DNA of 64,000 bases from Sphagnum compactum. Its lineage: Eukaryota. Made by a program: the position numbers and the translations under genes. This document shows, piece by piece, positions 50,548 through 64,000 of this stretch. The stretch is taken from contig OZ234493.1 in the NCBI GenBank assembly GCA_965153455.1, positions 11,460,213 to 11,524,212 of the forward strand. The letters run 5' to 3'. The notes under the pieces are model-generated. The model did not search any database, was not told the DNA's origin, and saw only the letters and a program-made list of their open reading frames with translations. Positions within the stretch are counted from its first letter, which is position 1. Each line of letters begins with the position of its first letter.

Positions 50548-52980
50548 AATAAATTTTTTTAAAAAGGAAAAATAAAGTACTCTACAAATCAAAAATTGTT
50601 GTGCAAGTATTTTTTAAAAAAAAACATGACATGTGGGTGGTTGAATATGAAACTTTGTTGATGTGGAAAATCCTAACATGGTAAGTTTTCACACTCCTCT
50701 ATACAACCCAATTTTTTGTCATATCCCTAATATCTAATTAAAGTATTTCAATCTTTGCAATTCATCTAGTTCTGCATCAATGAAGAATCCAAGCATTTTT
50801 TTGGGAGACATTTTGTAGCTTTGTGAATTCTTTTAATTTGTGGAAAAATGAATATCCAAGGATGATGATTTGAATTAAATTGCAAAATATTACATAAAAT
50901 TATTCAAACATTTGTTATATATGCAATCTCTTTTGTTCTGTGTAGGTTTTTGATAAAAAATTCACAAATTTGTTGTTTTATGTGAAGTAGAAAAATATGC
51001 AAACAAAAACTTGTAGAAGATTTTATTGCATAACCTGTATGTTATGTCTTAAGATTTAGGTCTAATTGCGTTCAGATAATTTTATTTTATTTTTTGTGCA
51101 AGAAAATGCACATAAATAATTTATGTTGCATTACATGTTTGTGTTGTTTCTAAATTATCTTTTATTGTGATTTTTGGTGACCTAGGTTGAATTGAACAAC
51201 ATTTAGAGCAAATGCAAAACATGGCAATGTTTATTAACAACAATATTTTACAACAATATTGTTGTGCAAAACATGGATGTGTGATACTAATGACTTTGAC
51301 ATTTATTACTAATCAAATGGGTTATTTTTTGAAGGGTGAAAACAATGTAGGTTGTAGGCAAGATTATTATCCACTTGTTTTGCCACATCTCATGGTTTGT
51401 GGGATTTCTATGTTATAGTAGTGACCCTAACAAGTAGGCTACCATATAGAAAAGATGCAAAATATGTGTTCGATTTTCATGTACACATTAATTTGCACAT
51501 CCCATGGGATGTTCATGTTTGTGGGAAATCCAAAGTTTTCTAATTCTTAAGGACAATGGCTTAGTTATATGGATTATCTCATTGGTAAATATGAATTGAT
51601 GTGTAAAACAACGTACAATTTACCAATGAGATAATCCATATGGTAAATTGTACATTGTTGATAATAAATAAAATTAACACAATAAAATTATCATGAAATT
51701 TTCCTAGAAGGATCCAAATTTTTGTTCCTTTAAAAAAACCTATAGTTTCCAAATTTTTAGTTCCCAAGTCCTTTTAGTTAACCCAAAGAAACATTGTAAA
51801 GCTTTAATGAGCTATATCATTCATTGAGAAAACCACATTTGAATAGGCATTTGAGAATTATAAATCAATTATATATTGATCTGACTATATACTTATTGCA
51901 AATTAACATGTTTTCTCTTAATAAATTGGCTCATATATTGGTTATATCCAAGGTCTTTCCAAAAAGATTGAGATAGTCTTTGGCATGTTGCATTTGCATA
52001 AAAAGGAAGATAAGGCTCAATTGATTCATTATTATTTGTGATAGAAAATTATGAAAACTTCATTCCCTAAAGAAGGCAATTGTATTGGTGCTAGCTAGGA
52101 GCTACTCCCACCCACTAGTTAAGCCCCCATGGGCTTGAACACTTGTTTCCCTACAATGAGCCAAGTCATGGGAGGATAATTTTGTCTTGTAAGGCCCACC
52201 CCTTTTAGGGTGTAAAAAGGGGGAAATCTTCATGGTGTTAGATTTTGGAGAATTTGGACCTAATGTGCTCTTCTTCTTTCTTTGGAGTTTTGGCATTTAA
52301 AAAATTCATCCATGAATGAAAAAGTTGTGTTAAATAACATTTTTATCGGTTCTGCCCCTTTGGATAGAGCTGTTGTCCTGCACCAAGAAATGACCCAAAG
52401 TTTTGCATCCCTACCTATTCATTCTAGGGTCATGTGGAGTCCACTATAGAAACATTTCTAGCATAATGAGTGGATCCTATTGGGCTTCATCTTGTTGACC
52501 ACAATGTGTTTCAAATTTAGTATATTGAATATTTATCATAGTTATAGATGCAATTTAAAGGGAAAAACCATTATGCAATGAGTTGCTTGTTTTAATCATT
52601 GATCATAAAAATATTAACATGTGGTTAATGATTTAGACTGGGTATGATAAACGTTGGGTTAGGAAATACACTAAAATGAAATAAAATGAAATGTGAACAC
52701 AATATATCTTGTAGATATTCCTATATAACAATAGTTGTTGGGTTCTTGTTGAGGGAGTGAATGTGGTGTGGATTACCAAGTTGTTGAGGATATTGTGACA
52801 ACAAGGATGCCATGTCACATTTTTTGTTAATTAACATTACATGTGTGAATGCAATGTGAATTTGAATTTTGCTAACATTGACTTACCATTGAGATATCAC
52901 TAGGTCCGAATGGACTTTTATACTCAGTACCATTATATTTGCCTGTAGTTGTTGATTCAATAATTGTTGTTTCTTGCTGA

Positions 52981-53147
52981 AATTTTTCTCCCAGTCTGCC
53001 CTTTGCCCCATTTTTTTCTCATCTTGGCATGTTATGAGACCCTTGGTACATGCTATGTGGCATTCGGTACTCGTAACATGGGAGGTTTTGGATGCAAAAG
53101 GTGCCAAGGTGAAAAACAATTGGGCAGAGGGCAGACTGGGGCAAATT
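52981..53147. mobile_element. MITE-like element with ~48-bp imperfect inverted ends
   Basis: CCCAGTCTGCCCTTTGCCCCATTTTTTTCTCATCTTGGCA versus TGCCAAGGTGAAAAACAATTGGGCAGAGGGCAGACTGGG. Confidence 0.65.
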
Positions 53148-53431
53148 GGACAAATATAATGTTAGGATCTTGCACTTGTCTCAAGTAGATTTTACACTTG
53201 TAGACATCTACCTGCCTGATGCCAGTGAAAAATTTCTCTCTTGGACCCAAAACCAAGACCAGTCTGGTATAAAGTTTTAAAGACAACCCAATTCCAGGAC
53301 CAGGCTGGTATGAAAGTTTTACAAAAGTGCCCAATACCAGGAGTAGGTTGGTCTGTTTAAAAAGTTGAAACCAGAGAAACACCATTATGCAAGTGAAGGT
53401 GCAACCTTTGAATGCCAAAAAGAAGAAAGAG

Positions 53432-54118
53432 GAGGAACTGGGTCACAGGAACTAAGGAAAAGATAGCATTTATGTAATTGGATCTGACATGTGAGCAACA
53501 CTTAGAAGATTGTACATTTTGAGTAGACATGGATTCAGTTGAGCTTCACACTCTTTCGAAAAATCAGCTTGATGAGAATACCAAGCCTGAAAAAGATTGT
53601 ACATTTTGAGTAGACATGGATTCAGTTGAGCTTCACACCCTTTCGAAAAATCAGCTTTATGAGAATACCAAGCCTGAAAAAAGCAATGTGTGTGATGCAA
53701 CACCTGAACTGAACTGATGGAGGAACTGGGTCATAAGAACTAAGGAAGATAGCATTTATGTAATTGGATTTGACATGTGTGCAACACTTAGAAGACTGTA
53801 CGTTTTGAGTAGACATGGATTCAGTTGAGATTCACACTCTTTGAAAAATCAGCTTTATGAGAATACCAAGCCTGAAAGAAACAATGTGTGTGATGCAACA
53901 CCTAAGCTGAACCGATGGAGGAACTGGGTCATAAGAACTAAGGAAGATAGCATTTATGTAATTGGATTTGACATGTGTGCAATACTTGGAAGATTGTACG
54001 TTTTGAGTAGACATGGATTCAGTTGAGATTCACACTCTTTGAAAAATCAGTTTGATGAGAATACCAAGCCTGAAAAAAGCAATGTGTGTAGGTAATGCAA
54101 CATCTGAACTCAACTGAC
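53432..54118. repeat. Three tandem copies of a ~198-bp unit, the first with an internal ~89-bp duplication
   Basis: GAGGAACTGGGTCA...AAGATAGCATTTATGTAATTGGAT...GAGTAGACATGGATTCAGTTGAG...GAGAATACCAAGCCTGAAA repeated. Confidence 0.9.
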
Positions 54119-56436
54119 AGGGAATTCTCCCCCTTCAACTTAAAGTTATTCATTACAAATACCACAGGATTGACCTCTATTCGCCTTGTAATCTGCATTT
54201 GTTTAGGCTTAAAGACAATGTTCACCTTGTGGTTTATGATGGTTAAAGCCCACAGACGAGCTAGGGACATTTGTGAACATATGGAGCCAAACACTGGCTG
54301 CCCTCTTATTTCTGGAAAATGTCTCCACCCTGGGGTGCCCTACACATACATACACATTGATGTAGAGATCTAAGGGATGGAGGCCTGATGAGTTAGGGTG
54401 TCAGGATTCTCAAACAAAGTTTTGCACAAATTCAAGACCTGATTGAATGTTCTTTTGAACCGGAATCTTATGTTGAGAACTGATATGTCCATTTCACTAC
54501 TACTTTTGATGTGGGTTTATTGGCTATTTGATTGTGTTGGTTTTCCTATGGCCTTTTTTTCTACCTCTCTTTTTAGTCCTTCTTACAGGGCAAAATGGAG
54601 GGGGTCTTGTATTTTGGGGGCCATGGGGAGGGACGGTGGGATGGGGCTATTTACCCTATCTAACTTGGACAGATGCCAAGACTTATTAGAGTTTTCCTTA
54701 AAAGTCATCCTGTCTTCACCCTGTCTTTGGGCCTCTTTTCACCCCCTATCCCCTCTACAAGACCATTCAGGAAAGTTCACATGACCATTATGCGAATCCA
54801 CATGTAAAAACCATTATGTAATGGAGCATACTCTGCACCGGAGATTGTGCACAAATTTGGGCCAGCCCTCACAAGCACCTCACTGGCCACAACAGATCTT
54901 TCTTTTGTTCGAAGAAACTTTTATTTTGTAATGGCCTGTATGGAGCACTCATCTATCTGACCTAAGTTGGCCAAGTGCCCCCAAAAGTCCGGTGATTGGA
55001 AAAACCTGCCCAAAAGTTAAGTTAGCAGAACATTCCCACTGCAGGACCCCTACATTCTGCCCCATGAAAGCAGAACTTAGCCTGAAGTCTACAACCCTAA
55101 CCCTAAAATCTACAAGACGATTCAGCAAACTCGATATGACGATGACGCAAATAAATCCTCAGGTTGAACAACAGCGCTGATCAGCTTGCTGCTGTTTGTT
55201 CGCATTTGCGCAGTCGAGGATCAGGAGCTGGTCGAGAGTGTCGAGAATTGTCGAACTTGATCCACTCTAGCCTCTTCTAGAGATTTTCTGTAAATGCATG
55301 TATGTTCACTGCAGCTACCAATTGAGATGCATGAGAAGCTGGAATTAGATTCATGAACCTCCAGTAAGTAATTTGAGCTCAGATTTTGCGAAAAAACAGT
55401 TGAATTTGCATTCGGATCATGAGCAGCTTCTTGGACTGCAGGTGCACAAGCACCTAGCTGCTCATGATCGGTAGCTGTGTAGCTGCTGGTCGAACCGCGT
55501 ATGATCTTCGAACCCATGTGTAATTCTGAAGCGAAATTCTGCTACAAATCATGAGTGAAGATCTGCAGGAGCTCATGTATTTATATTTCTGGCAATTAAT
55601 CAGTAGAACAATACGAGCAGCTGATGATCTGCAGCAACTCATGATCGATCGGTTGTTGCAATTATAAGTAGACCATCAATCTATACCATCCACTGCAGCT
55701 GTCATCATGACTCATGAGTTTGAATCTGTAAGCGCTATAGATTTCAATTTCTGGGAATTGTCGATCAGACGTCCATATTATAAGGTGCCGCGACAGCTAC
55801 ATGCGAGCTCTGCAATGATCAGCTAATCCTTGGTCAGCGTCTGTTGCAACTGTTCTGTGCTTATAAATCAACTGCAACATGCAATGAGATCAGCAGGCGG
55901 CTGAGCATGATTACTTGTGTTTGAACGGGGAAATATATACAAGAAGATTAAGCCTCACAATGTGGTGACCAACATCACCAACTTTGAATCAATATCATCT
56001 TGCAGAAATTATATCTAAGGATTCCATATATAAGTGGAGTGACGAGATCATCAAACTTTACGGAAGTGTCGATGTTACAGTATATTGCTGAATTTACAGT
56101 ATGCATTCAATTCTGCTGAATTTTTTTTAAGAAGATCTAAATCCTGATCAACCCTGATCATTCAAGCTTTTCTCCAGGTCCATATAGTGCACAACTTTGC
56201 AATAGTGGCGTTGTTGCGGCGCCCTGATATATTTGGAGCTGCCATACATGCAGCAGCCGATGCTTTAACAGTGGCACACGCTTGATCTCTTCTTTCCAAA
56301 GCTGCAGCCTTGTACACTGGCGGTGATGAACTTGTGGAAGCATGCTAAGCTTGCAACCCAGCTTCGGTGATCAACACGGATATAACTAGAATATAGTGGT
56401 GTCATGTTAGGTACTGATCTTTTGTGTACGCGATGA

Positions 56437-56871
56437 TCAAGCGTCACGCACCTTGAATGCGGATCTTGTTTTCATAACAATATCATACATGTGTGTGCTC
56501 CTCAAATTGCTGAAGTCGAGAGGCAGCGAGATCAGATGAAGCGTGTCAGAGCTCTTGTGATATTGCCTCAACTCATAATGTCGCCGGCTGCTTTGATCAG
56601 CTGCAGGTCCTGTACAACATGATGAGCTTGCGGTAAAACTAGTGTTATAGGGTTGCCATCCGATCTCCAGCAGTTTGGCTTCCAGATCCGCATGTGATGT
56701 AATTGTCTCATTTGTTGCGTTGTAAACCAGCATCTTATTGCGCACACCTACCCCTGGAGCTGAATCTAACCTGCTGCCGGCCGTGCCGACGGGTGCAGCT
56801 GCTTCATCCTCTGCACGTAGATTTGGCACCAATATCGTAACCCCATCTTTGAACATCCATACACCCGACAT
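56437..56871 (-). CDS. FPF1: Flowering-promoting factor 1-like protein, intronless, 144 aa
   Basis: MSGVWMFKDGV...KMLVY..T.E.I.S...LE..L..IGW..Y...QYHK....LISLPLDF....STHMYDIVMK....F.VRD. Confidence 0.88.
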   Translation of the reverse strand: MSGVWMFKDGVTILVPNLRAEDEAAAPVGTAGSRLDSAPGVGVRNKMLVYNATNETITSHADLEAKLLEIGWQPYNTSFTASSSCCTGPAADQSSRRHYELRQYHKSSDTLHLISLPLDFSNLRSTHMYDIVMKTRSAFKVRDA

Positions 56872-58692
56872 GTCGACGCGCAGCACACGACGTTGCTGTT
56901 GCAGCTTTTGAACTCATCTGCTGGAATTCATCGGCTCCTGCAGGTCCCGGCCGCGATGCAGAGATCGAAACGAGGTTTCGTCTTCTCTGTGACTCTGGCT
57001 TGTCTGTCGAATGCCAGTCAAAATCCACGGTTAGGGCTTCAGGTACACGGGCGCGCAGATCCAGCCTCCGCACGAAATTGGGAGTAATTCTAGCAATGGG
57101 GATCAGGATCTAGATATGGCGATGAAAATGAAACAAAACGCGGATCTACAAGAAAATTGCAATTTCGGACACGATACCTCATGACATCTGAAAACCTTCT
57201 GATGCAAGTCCTCAGCACCTATAACCGAAATTATATGAGAAAGCAGCTAGTGATTGCAGAGTCCAGACATGAACCGGCAGCTCTATGTCCGAAGCAGTAC
57301 TGATCATGCCATGCAACTCATGCGTAATGGTTTCGAAACACTTGCTCCTGCAAAACCAGCTAGCTAACCAGTTCAGTATGTACACATTTAGGTCTAAAGA
57401 CTCATCACTACCAGTACTGCGCCAGGGCGCTGCAATTGTTTTCTCGACTTGCATAGAGGTCTAGAATTCGATCGGAAGTTCCACTACCTTAATTCACGTC
57501 TGCAGTACTTGGTATGCAGCGGGCGTGACTCCGCCGCCGTGCACAGTTCGGCAATTTGCGGCCTTCCTGGTACGAGAGCGCGCGCGCCTGTCGAGAACGA
57601 TCCCTGATCCCCAAATTAGACCGCCGGCGGCGCTGGCCAGGGTCTTGCTCGACTTCAAGAGCGACTACTACAATAACAACTGCTCGAGCGTTGTTGATAC
57701 CCCTGCAAGATCGAATTTCTACTCAACGCGATCCCGGAGTCGCATGCTGGCGCGGGAATCAAGCTTCAAATATACTTTTCCTCCCCTGCAGTTAGCTCTA
57801 GCAAGCTATCTAGCTGCTGATCTCTAGTTCCTCGACATATTGATTTCATCTCTGGGCCTCATCTCTGTTTCTCGCAATGCTCCGTCCATTAAACCGGCCG
57901 CGCGTCCGCCACTAGCGCAATATGAGACGACCTCTACTGCAGACAGTCATGTGTGTCGGGAGCAAAAAAAAGGATTCAAATGTAGGGTTCACGAATCAGA
58001 TAATACAGAAAGCCGCAGCCCATGGTAGGTATGATCACTGATCTTATTGTGACCTAATCTAGCTAGCTAGCTCACGGGCCCACCTCCGCCTCATGTAATT
58101 GCTGCAGGATCGAAGCAGTACATCAACGACAAACTGTTCAGTACCACGACTTGTAAGTAAATAAGTATAACAATTCCTATACATGATCAGTTAATTAATT
58201 AGTAATTTCCATCTTCATGCCGCCATGATTCTTCCCGTGATATATATAATTACATACATATAAATTCTCTATCCAAGTTACAGATCGAGTGACTCCGCTG
58301 GGATCAGTTGACTGCGACCCGTTGAAGATCGATGGTCGTGGAATTAAAATTACCAACTTCCCAAGTTCCCAGCTCAATGCCCAACTATGCATGCTAGATC
58401 TTCTGAATCTCTCATCTTGTTGACTGTTTTCGATCTCGGCCAAGGGGCCCATTACATTCCGCGCCCATTTAAAAATTCTGCACCAAATCAGTATCGAAAA
58501 CACAGCTAGCTACATACACGATGGGTATGCTGCTAGCCAGTGCTAGCCAACTGAAGACATAGCTAGCTTGAATCGATCATCTGTTGGAGTGTCTAATGGA
58601 TAGCAGGGTAAGGTCTGAGGTTCAGGGCATAACTCGCCCACCACTAGCTTACCACAGGTCTTACCCATGTAAAGACTAAAGACTAATCTTTG

Positions 58693-58763
58693 CATTTTTC
58701 AGCCAGATCTTCTGTTTGTCAAGTCTTGAGATTGGAAAAACAGAAGATCTGGCTGGAAAAATG
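58693..58763. repeat. Near-perfect 71-nt hairpin
   Basis: CATTTTTCAGCCAGATCTTCTGTTT / AAACAGAAGATCTGGCTGGAAAAATG. Confidence 0.8.
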
Positions 58764-61700
58764 GAGAAATGCCTCCAAAAATGCCCTGAGGTTTCTTAGA
58801 AGTCAAATCTCTGTGTACAACATGCAATCGAAATACACCCAAAAAAAATTTGGGCAGGTCTTTATGTGAAGAATTGTCTCACAGCAAGCCAAAGCTTCAC
58901 ACGCAGATTTTATGATTTTAGTGCTGTTCCAGGTAGAAGCTTGCACCAGATCAAGGCATAAGTGATGAGTACTATCATTAATGACACTAGATCTAGCTAG
59001 CGAGACTTACTGTTCTCCCCATTTGTGGCCTGCTGATCTAGAAAGCTAATATTAACCATGTGTGGTCCGCCTTCTTAGGTGGTTGGTTCCTTTGTCTTCT
59101 TGGATCTGGAGCTTGGTCTGACGGAATATGCTGCCTTGGGGTCTTTCCATTTTGTGCCTTGTATTACCCCTTTTTTGGGCGCTTTGGTTTATTTATGGTT
59201 GGCAGGGTTTCATCATCATAATTATATTAACCCTGGTGGAGTTTTAGTTACATGATGTTCAGAGATGTTGAAATTCTCAAAAGGAAATTCAAAGAACCAA
59301 AGTTTGTGAATGGAAATTTATTGAATAGACTTCAAGAACATTACTATTTGTTGAAATGAAAAATTTCAAAAATAAAAAATTTTATTCCACAGACATCATG
59401 TGTGGAAGTTGCCAAGGTACGACAGTAATTTGTCTAGCATGGTTCAGAATATTCAATCATGCAAGGTTAGATATTCCTGCATCAGTAAGTGGCATTATCA
59501 GGGGCATAGGTGGGCCAGGTGAACCAGCACCCCTACACCGGAACCTTCACCTTCTTGAGTAAACTAAGCAACACCCCCCGGCCCCCCCAAAAAAAAAAGT
59601 TGGAGTTTTTACTGATGTTGGGCGGTTCTTAACTTTTTGTGGAGAACTTCCAGTTATGGTTCTAAGTAATTTTTTTGTATTAGTGTTTAAACTCAAAACT
59701 GAATGATCCTCCTAAGTTATTAATAATTGAGTTGATCCCCTCCTCGATACATAATTAGGTTTTTTTCAATAAGTGGTCAACTGGGGTTTTTTTACCATTG
59801 TACCAGTGTACATGCTGGTTCACCCAAGAGAGCAGCATCCATAGGTGTACCTAGAAATCCGTGCTGACAACCCTCGCTGACTCTGCAAGGAGAGAATTTA
59901 TTTAATCACATTCCACTTTCGTAGCTAAATATTGGCTAGTACAATTTGTACACGACCACAAAAGCTTTGCGAAATCTTTGTAAAGGATTAGTCTTCTTGC
60001 AGCAGCTGGGCTCCACCACCGTATGCAGCAGATGTTCTGCATGCACCAGCTACAGTAGCTTGCCCCGTCGATTCCATTCCAACTGGGCGCGCCCGTCGAT
60101 GTAACATGCAACCATCAAGCCCCTCGAGTTATAATCACTATCACGTCAGAGTCTAGAGCGCCGTGCGCTGGGATCCGACACGAAAACTGTGATCTTGCGA
60201 TCCCGATCGCAGTCCTGGATTCGCGGGGGCCCTTGGGGTTTTGGCTCCCGCATCCGATCCGACGCTCACGCCCAAGGGTGCGGGGTGTCTGAATTCCAAA
60301 CCTACAGGTTCGGACGACCGTTTAGTTGGGACGTTAGGTTACCATTAGACTTGGGTACACCAAGTTTTAATTTAAATAGGTATATTATGCCAGCGTTGGG
60401 CGGGTATCAGAAAAGAGATAGAATCAGCCAGGGTTTCAAGTCGGTTCTCACTTCGAATCTCATTTTGGAAACTCATCTCCTGATTTTCAGTGGGTTGAGA
60501 AATTTTCACTTGAAACCCTTTCTTTAGAAAAATAAATTGATACCCTATTAGGGTATTAAAGAGTACCAAAGTCAAGGTTTTAGTAATTAGTGAGAAATAG
60601 GGTTAGGTTGGTAAGTAGTGTTAGAAGATTTTTTTTTAAAAATTAGACTTATTGGAAGAGGCACCACATAGCTATTGCTTGTGCACTGGCTTCCTTTTCA
60701 CATTTATTTCTTTAATAAAATAAAATAAAAGCTTAGTGTCACCTTCTTGCTATGCATTGCATCCTCATTGTGCATTCTTGGTGTTCTTTGATATCTGTTT
60801 GTAATGCATTCCTAATGTTTGTCTAAACCTCCTTGTTATGTGTTCTTGGTGTTTTTCAAGGTCTCCTTGCTCTATATTTTTAGTGCTCTTTGATGATTCC
60901 TTGCTGTGCATTCTTGGTGTTATTTGATGCCTAGTCCTTATTATGTGTTGCTAATGTTGTTCATTATTTGCTTGCTATGCATTCTTGGTGATTTTCAACG
61001 TTTCCTTGTTGTACGTTCTTAGATTTGTCACCTCCTCGTTGGTTAAGTACATCTTTGATCTCTTGGGGCTTTTCATTTCCTTGTTGTTGATCAAGTAATT
61101 TTCTAACCTTTTGGTCCTCTTTGTGACCTCCTTATTATGTACGCTTTTTGCTCTTTGGTTTGTTTTTAAATTACTCCTCCCCCCACGCCCCCCCATGAAA
61201 AAAATTATTTTCCAATTTTAATTCGACCACTAGTTTCAAGTAATTTTTCAGTTTTTAAAATTTCTTTCTTTCAATCTTTATTTATTTGTTTATTTTCTCA
61301 TTATGTATGTTCTACCATTTTATTTTTTTAGGTGTGGAAAGAAAGGAAACAATTTCTTACTTCCATTTTTTTTTACAACATGGGTTTTCATTTTATTGTC
61401 TTTTTTGTTATATTTTCATTATGAATGTTTTTTTCTTTTATTTTGGAATTTTTTAAAATTATAAATTTACTACCTTATTCAACATTTATGTGTCATGTGC
61501 AGGACCAAAACCCCACTTGCACAAAAATTTATCACACATTGTAACATTCATACATTTTTTTCACCTCTTTTATGTTATAGAGATATGAAGGAAAAAAAGT
61601 TAGTAGTAAATGCCTTGATAGTTTTTATTTAATATTCATAGCATAGATCAAGCAATTAAAATTTAAACCCGCAATTTTGGTAAAATTTACATTTTTTTTG

Positions 61701-61879
61701 TTTTATCGTCCATGTTATGTAATATTTGTAAAACATGGAATCAAGTCAAAATGAAACTATAATGTTAATTAATGATTGAATGAAATTTGCTTCAATGAAT
61801 GTAATATGGAAAACAAAATTTTGAATGAAAGTTTCAAAATATAATTTGAAACGTAGTAGAAGGCACAATAGAAGGAAAT

Positions 61880-63620
61880 GAAAAAATAACAATACAAACA
61901 AACCTTCAAATATTGCATGTTGAGAGGAAAACATGGAAAGGTCATAATTGGAATTCAATTTGTTGGGTTTTTTATAGTGTGAATGATGAAAAATAGGCTA
62001 ATGGGGGCAATTTTCAAATCATGAAATGTTTGCTTTGTTACACCAGTCTAGTTCATGCTTTTAATCTAAGAAATTAGAAAGGTCTTATGGGTGAAAACAT
62101 GAAAAAAAGAGCTAGTCGTGTCAAAGTTAAAGTCCTTTCCAAGGACTACATTTTCCACATCACAGTTTTCTATTAATTTATATTACATTTTTCACACAAT
62201 TTTTTAACTGAATATCAAATTTGAGGCCAAATATGGCATATAACATGATAAAAACTCAATTGTTTTTGCATCAAGCCTTACAATATATCAAATCTATAGC
62301 TTTACTTTGAACCACGATTACAAATTCAAACTATAATAATGTAAAAGGATAATCTAGTATTAAAATTTAAAAAGGTATTTTATTTTATTTTTTGAATGTT
62401 TTGAACACATGGATCCCTTCTCGTGGAATATATTAAAGTTCACCAAAAATTGAAATGATTTGGTGAACATTTGATAAAGGAAAAGACTTTTGATATAAAA
62501 AAACCACCTATCCACTTTTTTTTGGAGTGTTTTAAACATATAAAAGAACTCCTGAAACATGGTGAATTTTCCTAATTTTTTTGTAATTGCAACTTTGAAT
62601 TTAAAGAACTTATTTCAAAAATAAAATAAAATAAAGAACTTTATATATATAATGTTCCCATGGTGATTTTTCAAATTTTCAAAAAATAATTTTTAAAAAC
62701 TATCCACACAATGTTTGGCTCCTTTTTTCTTACTTTTACCTTTATATTAACATATTATAAAACACATGGAATAATATTTCTGGAAAAACATGTGGATTCA
62801 AATCATGTTTAATTGTTAAAAAATTTGAGCAGGAGGTTAACGGTCCAATAAGAAAAACTCTTCAGAGATAACATGCAAAAAAAAGGGCTAATATGTTAAG
62901 TAATTCAATATTTAAGTTTTTTAATGTCAAAGATCCTTTCAAAAAGGATGATGAACAGCAAAAAAATTTTTTGCAAAACCTTCACCATTTAATTGTGAAA
63001 AATCAATTAACATCGCAATTTGTGGAAAGTGTTTTGTTCAATCATCTAGTTTTACATTTATGTCTTCAAGTTGTTATCCCTTCCAAAAAACAATTTTCTC
63101 ATGAAATATTGTCTAACTTGGTGAAAAAGACGAAACAAATATTTGTTTTACCAACATTGGCAACTTGTATATCTATAGCAAATTTTTACTTATGGATGTC
63201 CAAAGGGGCACATGATTTGTTCGTGTCCTTTTGGGATTTGATTTACAACCTAAAGAAATGACTATTGGTCTATTTGAGGCAATAGACATTATTAGTCAAA
63301 CCTTGACCAATAATCTAACATAATTTTTTGATTAATATTGACTGAGAAAAAAAATTATTGCATATGTTAAAGATGAAAGGTGAAATTTGAATGTAATGAC
63401 AACTACTTTGAAATCAATTATGAGATGTGAAGTTATAGGTTTGGATGAAAGTTTTCCATGTACATTTTTTTGGCCATGTATTTGTAAAAGTTTGTTTGTA
63501 TGTTACAATTGATGAAAAGGTTTGAAAAAACCTTAGATTTTTTTCCATCAAGTCTGTTCAATCAAATTTATAGAGATGTATAACTTGGCTTAAATTTTCT
63601 GGGAAAGGTAAACATGATTG
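61880..63620 (+). mobile_element. Degenerate hAT-type transposase remnant
   Basis: BED-finger-like CWVFY..MKCLLC fragment ~61960-62040; KDPFKKDD.QQK.FL..L..LIVK..L..QFVES, LWMSKGAHD, TIGLFEA, AYVKDE; many stops and frameshifts. Confidence 0.65.
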
Positions 63621-64000
63621 GAACCATGAATGTATGAATATAATTACGATGGATATCCTCACTTGAGCAGATCCAATTGGCATATGTTTTAGGCAAGAAA
63701 ATTTACATGCAACCTTCAAAGTTTCATTTAGAAGGCATCCAAAAAAGAAATGCAACTTGTAAAGTTTCATTCATTCAAGTGGTAAGAAACCTAACCAACT
63801 TTATTGAAAAAAATCATCTGCCATACTTTTTAGGGCATGAATGTCAATAGTGTAAATGTTGCATTCCTAATCTTCTTATTTCATGGCTACACACATCAGT
63901 GTTTCATTTTCTACTAACAATTTATAGATGGGGTCATCTCCTTTCATTCGATGATCTATTGGGGTCATTGGGAATTTAATAACTTTAACTAAGTGTGCAT

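Noticed and set aside
53432-54118. Repeat-spacer array or repetitive small ORFs (MSTQNVQSSK...)
   Set aside because: Whole units are duplicated without spacers; the ORFs are by-products of the repeat
60150-60560. Possible left end of the hAT element (GC-rich, ATCCGA/TCGGA motifs)
   Set aside because: No matching right TIR or 8-bp TSD visible in the window

Overview
Nuclear DNA of a land plant, most likely a bryophyte such as a Sphagnum-like moss. This is inferred from spliceosomal introns, TTTAGGG telomere-type motifs, a bryophyte-style mitochondrial insert and a hydrolase-type NLR. In order, the window holds: a mosaic mitochondrial insertion (rps2, nad4L, trnL-UAG pseudocopies, ~3.9-5.2 kb); two head-to-head, 5'-less pseudogenes (TMEM62/At3g03305-type metallophosphoesterase and APD-type RING E3 ligase); an alpha/beta-hydrolase-NB-ARC-LRR immune receptor whose LRR exon has 12 near-identical 72-bp units that vary mainly at the exposed beta-strand and carries 3 nonsense codons; an intact 5-exon FAP1 (chalcone-isomerase fold) gene; a solo-LTR-like repeat; four CACTA elements with TIRs and 3-bp TSDs (a 154-bp mini element, a nested non-autonomous pair each carrying a tRNA-like module, and a 6.7-kb element with a 5'-deleted Tnp2 and a divergently oriented second ORF); an intact FPF1-like gene; and a hAT transposase remnant. 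All homology calls come from motif recognition by eye; no database searches were run.
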